From contig JBFMGU010000070.1 of assembly GCA_040752415.1 (NCBI GenBank), forward strand, positions 1 through 42,132: a DNA stretch of 42,132 bases, read 5' to 3'. The notes beneath the pieces were generated by a model. That model did no database searches. It was not told the DNA's origin and saw only the letters and a program-made list of their open reading frames with translations. Positions 35,442-42,132 of the stretch are shown piece by piece. Both the position numbers and the translations under genes were made by a program. Position 1 is the first letter of the stretch; each line of letters starts with the position of its first letter. The DNA comes from Myxococcota bacterium (GTDB lineage: Bacteria > Myxococcota > JACRCW01).

Positions 35442-36695
35442 CTATGACGTCTGGCCCTTCACAATCGACTCGTCGGTGTAGCGCCGCAGCGCGGGCACCC
35501 TCAACGTCGCCACCAGCACGCTGACCAGCACCCCGGCCCCACCCAGTGTCACCGCCAGCGCGGGCCCCAACCACGCCGCCACAATCCCGCTCTCGAACTC
35601 CCCGAGCTGCGGTCCGCCGGCGAAGAAGATCATGTTCACGCTGGTCATGCGCCCGCGCAGCTCGTCGGGGGTGAGGCGTTGACGCAGCGTCTGGCGCAGC
35701 ATGGTGCTCACCGTGTCCGCCGCCCCGACGACAAACAGCGCACCCAACGTCCACACGAACTCCGTGCTCAACCCAAACACGACGGTGGCGAGCCCATACA
35801 CCGCCACGCTGATCACCAGCGCACGACCATGCTTGCGAATGGGCGGCAGCACCGCGAGCACCAGGCCGGTGAGCACGCTTCCCGTCGCTGGCGCGCTGTA
35901 CATGATGCCCAGCCCTTCCGCGCCCACGTCGAGGACGTCCTTGGCGAACACCGGGAAGAGCACCGTGGCCTGCCCGAAGAACGTGGCGAAGAAGTCCAGC
36001 AGCATGGTGCTCACCAGCAACGGCTGCCCGAACACGAAGCGCAGTCCCTCGCGGATGGCCTGCACGCCACCAACACTCGTCGACGTGGGCGTGAAGGGCC
36101 TGGGCCGCATCAGCGCCACCGCGACAATCACCGCCAGATAGGACACCGCGTCCAGCGCGTAGATGAACGCCGGCCCCGTCGAGGCGAGCACCAGTCCGCC
36201 CAGCGCGGGCCCCGCCACGCCGGCCACATCCCACGTCAGCAGCGACAACGTCAGCGCCTGCTGCAGCACCTCACTGGGCACCAGGTTGGGAACCAGCGCC
36301 TGACGCGCGGGACCGTTGAATGCGTCGGCAATGGCCGTGAGCGTGACGCACGCGTAGAGGACGGAGGGTGTGATGTGCCCGGTGAAGGTGGCCCAGGCGA
36401 GCACCGTGCTGGAGAGCACCATGACACTGGTGGCCACCATCATGATGCGACGTCGATCCACGCGGTCCGCGATGACGCCCCCGACGAGCGAGAACACCAG
36501 GATGGGCACCAGGCGACACGCGCCGATGAGCCCCATGGCCGCGGCGCTGCCGGTGAGCTCGTACATCTGCCAGGCCACCGCCACGCGCTGCATCATGGTT
36601 CCGACGAGGCTGGTGGCCTGACCGAACCAGTAGAGGCGGAAGTCGCGGTGGCGCAGCGCGGTGAGCGCGGAGTGGTTGGCGGCAGGCGAAGTCAC
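35442..36695 (-). CDS. MFS transporter (EntS/MFS_3-like)
   Basis: LRHRDFRLYWFGQ, motif A GGVIADRVDRRR, PARQALVP, TPDELRGRM; about 12 hydrophobic segments. Confidence 0.94.
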   Translation of the reverse strand: MTSPAANHSALTALRHRDFRLYWFGQATSLVGTMMQRVAVAWQMYELTGSAAAMGLIGACRLVPILVFSLVGGVIADRVDRRRIMMVATSVMVLSSTVLAWATFTGHITPSVLYACVTLTAIADAFNGPARQALVPNLVPSEVLQQALTLSLLTWDVAGVAGPALGGLVLASTGPAFIYALDAVSYLAVIVAVALMRPRPFTPTSTSVGGVQAIREGLRFVFGQPLLVSTMLLDFFATFFGQATVLFPVFAKDVLDVGAEGLGIMYSAPATGSVLTGLVLAVLPPIRKHGRALVISVAVYGLATVVFGLSTEFVWTLGALFVVGAADTVSTMLRQTLRQRLTPDELRGRMTSVNMIFFAGGPQLGEFESGIVAAWLGPALAVTLGGAGVLVSVLVATLRVPALRRYTDESIVKGQTS

Positions 36696-36859
36696 GGCGA
36701 AGCGACGTTTCTAGCAGATCCACCGTCGGCGACAGGGTGCATCCGTGACGTGACTCCGCCGTGGGCTGGGGCATCGCGATGCAACGGGGGGTGGAGGACC
36801 CGGAAACGCGACGAGAGTCGTGCGGAGGACGGGCTGCTCGGACTATGGTCGGGATTCCC

Positions 36860-38542
36860 ATGGACAAGGCAGCCCAGAAGTCCAGCCCGCCGCTCGCCGT
36901 CTCGCTCGCCGCCGAGCGGGCGCTCACGGCGTTGGGCGCGGACTGCCGGTCCACCAACGAAACGGTGCTGTTCCGGATTGGGCTGTCCCGCGCGGTCATC
37001 CAGTCCGTGCTGACCGGTGAGCTCGTCGACAGCGCCGCGGGCTACGCCGTGGGCGAGCACCTCATCAAGCTCCACGACCCACCCGAGCTCAGCCACATCC
37101 CGCTCATCTCCATCAACGGCTGCACCAGCGTGGACGTGCTCTTCAGCCGCATCCGCGCCGCCCACGACATGCTGCGCTCCCGCCTCATCAACCAGCGCGA
37201 AGGCATGGAGCGGTTGGGCCTGCGGCCTCAGATGCTGCGTGGTCGGCCCGTGCTGCGCGGCCTGGGCCGGGTGGGCGAGTACGACTTCGAGTTGCGCGTG
37301 GAACCGGGCGGCCAGCTCACGCTCCTGGCGGCGGGCATGGGCGGCGTCCTCACCAACATTCCCCCGCGCCTGCGTCCCGGCCTCTCGATCTCGACGGCAA
37401 GCCCCGCGGAACACCGCGCGCAGCTGGACGCGCAGGTGCTGCGTTTCTGCTCGACGCACCGGGGAATCCTGGTCACGCGCGCCGCCGAGTCTCCTTCGCC
37501 CGCGCCGGTCCCCACGGTGCGCTTTGGTCTGCTTGGCGCCACGCCCGCGCCCACATTCACCGCGCCCCCGACGACACCCGCACCCGTCTCCGCGCCCGCC
37601 CCGCTGGACCTGCCGGAGATTCCGCCGCTGGTGCGGGGAACGTTGGACCCGGTCACGACGGGCATGCCGCCTCCGCCGCCCACGACGTACTTGCCGGAAG
37701 TGACCCCGGTGCGCGCGCCCATGCCGCGGGCCACGCCGGTGGTGCAGGACCCCACGCCGGTGACGCCGCCACCGCCGCGCGTGTCCGGTGAGAAGACCCC
37801 GCCCCCGCGGGTGACAACGAGCGAGGCTTCATCACCCGCGCGTCCGCCGGTGGTGCAGGACCCCACGCCTGTGACGCCACCGCCTCCAGCAACGCCGCGC
37901 GTGCAGGATCCCACGCCGGTGGTTCCCGATCCCAAGCCCGTGCCCGTCGTCGACGACGCCGCCGCATTCGACCACCTCCCGACGTTGCCGTTGGCCCAGA
38001 GCGCGCGTCACCTGCGCCCGGAGATCACGCATCCCTCACCGCGCGCGCCGGAGATCACGCAGCCGCGCCACCGACCCACCAAGCACAAGGTGGATCACCA
38101 CGAGGCCACGCTCGACGGACTGGACCAGCCCAACGTGGTGCCCCAGCCGGAAATCAGCGCGGTGACCCACCCGTACACCGTGCTGGTGCTCGCCGCCGAC
38201 GTGAAGAAGGTGCGCCAGGCGTTCCAGTCGCTGGAGGGCGACGCGTTCGTGCACGCGGTGGTGGCCATGGATGAAGGGGCGCTGGCCCTGGTGCGCATGG
38301 CGCGGCCCAAGGTCCTCCTCGTCGACGATCAGCTGCAGATGGACGAGGTCACGCTGGGCGAGCTGGCCGCGGAGGTGCACGCCGGCGGGGGCGTGGTGAT
38401 GGGTTACGTGGAGAAGGGTCGCACGGCCACGCTGCCGGTGTTGCACAACCTGGTGGCCCCGGTGACGGAAGCGCGACTGAAGCGCGTGCTCAAGGCCGCC
38501 AAGCGCGCCGGCAACCGTCGACGTGGCACCAGCGTGTCCTGA
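36860..38542 (+). CDS. Hypothetical protein: unknown N-terminal domain, Pro/Thr-rich linker, degenerate receiver-like C-terminus
   Basis: G/C-ending codons; C-terminal YTVLVLAAD...EGALALVRMARPKVLLVDDQL resembles a REC fold; start uncertain (36845 or 36860). Confidence 0.72.
   Translation: MDKAAQKSSPPLAVSLAAERALTALGADCRSTNETVLFRIGLSRAVIQSVLTGELVDSAAGYAVGEHLIKLHDPPELSHIPLISINGCTSVDVLFSRIRAAHDMLRSRLINQREGMERLGLRPQMLRGRPVLRGLGRVGEYDFELRVEPGGQLTLLAAGMGGVLTNIPPRLRPGLSISTASPAEHRAQLDAQVLRFCSTHRGILVTRAAESPSPAPVPTVRFGLLGATPAPTFTAPPTTPAPVSAPAPLDLPEIPPLVRGTLDPVTTGMPPPPPTTYLPEVTPVRAPMPRATPVVQDPTPVTPPPPRVSGEKTPPPRVTTSEASSPARPPVVQDPTPVTPPPPATPRVQDPTPVVPDPKPVPVVDDAAAFDHLPTLPLAQSARHLRPEITHPSPRAPEITQPRHRPTKHKVDHHEATLDGLDQPNVVPQPEISAVTHPYTVLVLAADVKKVRQAFQSLEGDAFVHAVVAMDEGALALVRMARPKVLLVDDQLQMDEVTLGELAAEVHAGGGVVMGYVEKGRTATLPVLHNLVAPVTEARLKRVLKAAKRAGNRRRGTSVS
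37735..37922 (+). repeat. Coding direct repeat (VQDPTPV) x3
   Basis: ~42-nt copies at 37735 and 37846, shorter copy at 37901. Confidence 0.85.
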
Positions 38543-38548
38543 CGCCCA

Positions 38549-39712
38549 TCAGCTCAGGCGCGCTTCCATGGCCCGCACGAAGCTCTCGGCCTGCTCGGTG
38601 AGCTGGGGGCTGTCCATCTCGCGGTCCACCTCCTCGGCGAGCGGCTGCAGCTCACGGGTCACGTGCGCCATTCCCAGCCACGGCGCCAGCTGACGACACG
38701 CCTTCCACAGCGCGTACACCATTCGCACCGACGGGCGATTCCGCGCTTCCGCGTCGGTGGCCAGGTCGGCCAGGGGCAGTGGGCGACCGTGCTTGAGCTC
38801 GCGCGCCATGCTCTCCGCGAAGAGACGTCGCTCATGCAGCGCGCAGATGAGTCGGATGGCGCGCGCCACCGCCCACGCAGGCGGAGAGGCGCTGGTCAGC
38901 AGCGAGTTCACCGCCGCCGACAACGTCACCGCCGGCCCCATGAACCCCGACGCCAGCGCAAGGTCCGCCAGGTGCGTGCGCAGCGGCAGGTGCTCGGTGA
39001 AATGCAGCGACGCGTACGTGGGCTCGCCACCGCGTCCGGGCTGTCGCAGGTCCAGGGGGATGGGCAGGCTCCCGTCCATGGCCATCAACAACGGCGTCAC
39101 CGGGCTGATGACCAGCATGGCATCCAGGAGGCCACGTCGAGCCGCGCGCAGGCGTGACGAGTCCTGGCTCAGCCCCGCGCGCACCAGCGGCACGCGGTTC
39201 TCCTCGCGACGCACCCTTCGGAGCGAGGGCCAGGCGAGCAGGCGCTGCGGCGGCTCCGTCCCCTGGAACACCGCCGTGCCCGTCCACCAGCGCAGCGTGA
39301 TGTCCACCCGCACCGCGCGCATGCACGCGTCGACGACGGCGTGGCGGGAGAGCGCTTCCCCCACGGTGGTGGGCAGCTCACGCTCCAGGACGGCCGCGGT
39401 GTGACGACGGAGGAGGCGCGTGGAATAACCCAGCAGCGTGGGTGCGTCGGGGTGCGCGCTGGCCAGCAGGTCATGCGCGGCGCAGAGCAGCACGGTGGTG
39501 GTGCGCCCCGGAGGCGCGGGCGGCGCAGGGTCCACGGCGCACACCCGGGAACGCACGCCCTTCCAGAACGCGTCTCCCTCGTCGGTACGCGCGGGGACGA
39601 TGCCGAGCCGCTCCGTGGCCCTGGGTCCCAGGTACGGCCCACACGCGGGCGCGGCCCCGAGCACCAGCGGCGCCGCGAACCGACGGAGGAACGCCTGCAT
39701 CTCCCCGCTCAC
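38549..39712 (-). CDS. Hypothetical protein, candidate ternary conflict-system accessory component
   Basis: GTGA overlap with upstream gene and GAGG RBS; conserved-looking ALSRH...RWWTG.A.FQG.EPP.RLLAWP.LRRV block. Confidence 0.75.
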   Translation of the reverse strand: MSGEMQAFLRRFAAPLVLGAAPACGPYLGPRATERLGIVPARTDEGDAFWKGVRSRVCAVDPAPPAPPGRTTTVLLCAAHDLLASAHPDAPTLLGYSTRLLRRHTAAVLERELPTTVGEALSRHAVVDACMRAVRVDITLRWWTGTAVFQGTEPPQRLLAWPSLRRVRREENRVPLVRAGLSQDSSRLRAARRGLLDAMLVISPVTPLLMAMDGSLPIPLDLRQPGRGGEPTYASLHFTEHLPLRTHLADLALASGFMGPAVTLSAAVNSLLTSASPPAWAVARAIRLICALHERRLFAESMARELKHGRPLPLADLATDAEARNRPSVRMVYALWKACRQLAPWLGMAHVTRELQPLAEEVDREMDSPQLTEQAESFVRAMEARLS

Positions 39713-41307
39713 ACGCCCTCGTCCTTTCCGGTGGCGTCGGCCAGCTCGCCTTTCTCGTCGTCACGTTCGGCGGGCCAGCTGGCGGGCGGGTTCTGCGCCG
39801 GCGCCATGCCGTTCCAGCGCTTGAGCTGTCCGCCCACGGGGTGATGCACCACCGGCGTCCCCACCGGCTCCAGCCCCGGCAGGATCTCCACGGCCTGCAG
39901 CGACGCAGTGAGGTCCTCGGTGTGAACGGACGCGCGGGAGAGCGGCTGGAACGCGCTGCGACTCACCGCGAACGGCGGCCCCGACGGCGGATGGAAGACC
40001 AGGTTGTCATTCCCCGCCAGGCCAAAGTGCTCCAGCGCCAGCTCGTCGGAGAGACGGGGGGAGAAGCGGTGCCCCACCGGGATGTACACGCGCGGGTGGA
40101 CCTGCATGAGCGCTTGCCCCACCGGGAGCGCCCGCACGCCCTCGGGGCTCAGGATCACCGTGTAGGGATGCGCCAGCGCCACCTCGCAACCGAACCACAA
40201 CACCGACGGGAGCAGGTGCACCAGCGCCAGCAGTTCCGGCAGCTTCTCCGCCGGCAGCACCACGGCCTCGGCGGTGCCGCGCGCGTCGCGGTCCGGCACC
40301 ATGCGCACCGCCACGCCCAGCCGCTCAATCTGCTGCGCCTCCAACGCGCGCGCCTGCGGCACCGGGGCGTTGTCCTGGTTGGTGAGGACCACGTCGGTGA
40401 CGTCGTCAAGCGGGACCCAGTGCAGGGGACCGGCCAGGCGCTCCACCACCCGCCGCGCGGCAGCGAACAGGGTCATCTCGTCGCGGGGAAAGAGCGCGGC
40501 GCAGCTGTCCAGCGCCATGGGATGGCGGAATCCGCGCTGCACCAGCACGTTGTCCGTGGCCGGCACGTAGACCTCCAGGCCCGGCGTCCCGTCCATGAGC
40601 CCCAGCACGCCCTGCGGCAGCTCCTGCGCGCGCACCAGTGCCAGCTCGCTCCGCTGCGCGCCAAACAGGCCCTGCTGCACCGGCCGCACCATGGCAATCT
40701 CCGACGGCACACGACGTCGCCACAGGTAGCTCCGCACCGCGGTCAGCAGGCCCCGCGGCACGCGCAGGATGACCTGGTCCAGCCGTTGCTCCCGCAGCTC
40801 CTTGGGTCGCAGCGCCACGGGGGCGAGCGTCATGAGCAGGTCGCGGAACTCCACCTTGCGTCCCGGCGCCCGACTGTCGGCCCCGCCCTCCAGGTAGAGC
40901 ACGTAGCCGCCCTCGCCGGGGAGCACCGCGCCGGGCTCGGCCACGTCGCAGCCCAGGGGGCGGGCGCTGTCGCGGTAGGGCACGTAGTGACGGAGCGTGC
41001 CGGTGAACACCAGGCCCTTGTGCGCCCGCGCCGCCGCCGCGCACGGGTCCGCCGCGTAGCTGCCCGCCACCTCGAAGCCCACGGCCACCTCACGCAGGCC
41101 GCCCTGGCCCACTGCCTCCTCGAGGGTGAGGCTGGGGAGGAGCTCCTTGAGCGCGCCGGTGCGGGAGATGGTGCGGAAGAAGCCCACGGTGCTGGGCATG
41201 TCCGGGAAGATGGCGAGGAGGCGGCGGCCCATGGCCACACCGCGCTCGTCGGCGGCCAGGCCGGGAAGGTGGAAGCGGCTCTGCCCCAGCGCCACCGGCT
41301 CGATCAT
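39709..41307 (-). CDS. Hypothetical protein resembling FtsH ternary system domain X7 (recall only)
   Basis: 532-aa ORF with strong codon bias; FTGT.RHYVPYRD...PLG.D, VLVQRGFRHP and VYIPVGH...P blocks; family call unverified. Confidence 0.7.
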   Translation of the reverse strand: MIEPVALGQSRFHLPGLAADERGVAMGRRLLAIFPDMPSTVGFFRTISRTGALKELLPSLTLEEAVGQGGLREVAVGFEVAGSYAADPCAAAARAHKGLVFTGTLRHYVPYRDSARPLGCDVAEPGAVLPGEGGYVLYLEGGADSRAPGRKVEFRDLLMTLAPVALRPKELREQRLDQVILRVPRGLLTAVRSYLWRRRVPSEIAMVRPVQQGLFGAQRSELALVRAQELPQGVLGLMDGTPGLEVYVPATDNVLVQRGFRHPMALDSCAALFPRDEMTLFAAARRVVERLAGPLHWVPLDDVTDVVLTNQDNAPVPQARALEAQQIERLGVAVRMVPDRDARGTAEAVVLPAEKLPELLALVHLLPSVLWFGCEVALAHPYTVILSPEGVRALPVGQALMQVHPRVYIPVGHRFSPRLSDELALEHFGLAGNDNLVFHPPSGPPFAVSRSAFQPLSRASVHTEDLTASLQAVEILPGLEPVGTPVVHHPVGGQLKRWNGMAPAQNPPASWPAERDDEKGELADATGKDEGV

Positions 41308-41588
41308 GACTGCGCCCCGTGATGCCCGGCCTGCACGTCCATGGGGCTCCTTCCGGCCTTGCTGACGGACGTCATGTCTCGCGCGGCGGGCCTGGCGGCA
41401 AGGTCTACCTCAAAGGCGTGGGAGAGGGGCGTTTTGCGACCAGGGAGGATGCATTTCGCAACGGAGTCGGGAGGTGGTCCCGTGGGGCTTGCGCTCCCGA
41501 GGTGGATGGTGCGAATCAGCGCTTCAGCATGGCCGCCGCTTGAGTGTAAGGTGCGCCCCCCTTCCCTCCTTCCCCCAACGAGAAGACC

Positions 41589-42132
41589 ATGTTTGCATCC
41601 ACGGTGACGACGAGCCTCATGCTGCTGCTTGCCGGCGCGCCGGGCTTGCTGACCGCGCAGGACGTAACCGCCCTGACCGCGGCGCAGACCTCCGGCATGG
41701 GCGAGCAGAAGGACATGCGCGTCCACTTTGGCCTCAATGACGCGGAAATCACCGCGGAGGACCGCGACCGCCTCGCCGTGGCCGCCAAGTGCCTGCGCGC
41801 CAACTCCAACGTGAGGATCGAGCTGGTGGGCCACGCCGACGAGCGCGGCACCTCCGAGTTCAACCTGGCGCTGGGGGAGCGTCGCGCGCTCTCGGTGAAG
41901 AAGTACCTGGAGGGGCTGGGCGTGCCCGGCGCGCAGATGAAGACGCTGTCCCTGGGTGAGGAGCGCCCGGTGGCGGAAGCCTCCGACGAGGCCTCCTGGG
42001 CCCAGAACCGTCGCGTGGAGCTGTTCACGCCGGGTGGATTCAACATCAGCGCCAGCGTGTGCGGCGCGGCCACGGTGGCGGAGGCGCAGCCCAAGGAGGC
42101 GGAGCAGAAGCCCAAGGAGGAGGCCAAGCCCA
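41589..42132 (+). CDS. OmpA/Pal-like peptidoglycan-binding protein, truncated by the window end
   Basis: Not in the ORF track (no stop). ATG 41589: MFASTVTTSLMLLLAGA...VHFG...LVGHADERGTSEFNLALGERRA...SLGEERP...NRRVE. Confidence 0.92.
   Translation, partial: MFASTVTTSLMLLLAGAPGLLTAQDVTALTAAQTSGMGEQKDMRVHFGLNDAEITAEDRDRLAVAAKCLRANSNVRIELVGHADERGTSEFNLALGERRALSVKKYLEGLGVPGAQMKTLSLGEERPVAEASDEASWAQNRRVELFTPGGFNISASVCGAATVAEAQPKEAEQKPKEEAKP

Noticed and set aside
2214..41322. Numerous long alternative-frame and antisense ORFs (e.g. 2214..3833, 5688..7355, 26023..27465, 39442..41322)
   Set aside because: Expected from stop-codon scarcity in high-GC DNA; they overlap well-supported genes and show no motifs
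41304..41834. 176-aa minus-strand ORF whose stop overlaps the 41307 start
   Set aside because: Largely antisense to the Pal-like gene with no recognisable protein features; a 23-aa leader from ATG 41375 lacks an RBS
1..42132. CRISPR array or cas genes
   Set aside because: All repeats found are in-frame coding repeats or inverted repeats; no repeat-spacer periodicity and no cas motifs

Overview
High-GC, densely coding 42 kb window whose gene content (Cys-rich and Pro-rich lipoproteins, DAGP linkers, TPR-cNMP protein, CDDGxxCT repeats) looks like a myxobacterium (Myxococcota); the taxon is an inference. I support about 33 CDSs (two truncated by the window edges) and one tRNA-Ala(CGC). Recognisable genes: MacB/LolCDE-type ABC transporter, moaA, hot-dog thioesterase, PMM/PGM, cytochrome P450, MoeB/ThiF, cysK, NUDIX hydrolase, patatin, class III nucleotide cyclase, kynA, MFS transporter and an OmpA/Pal-like protein. 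No CRISPR array, integrase, transposase or prophage is visible. Best candidates for undescribed biology: (1) three translationally coupled paralogous 4-Cys lipoproteins followed by a P450; (2) a lipoprotein made entirely of four ~262-aa repeats of an unrecognised Cys-containing domain; (3) a YceI + triple cytochrome c lipoprotein; (4) a two-gene unit resembling accessory components of FtsH/vWA ternary conflict systems but without the ATPase/vWA core; (5) a coupled NUDIX-metallohydrolase-cysK-moeB operon; (6) an orphan AlgG-like epimerase; (7) a 134-bp intergenic foldback element; (8) recurrent leaderless-promoter signatures. All family assignments come from motif recognition and recall, not from database searches.
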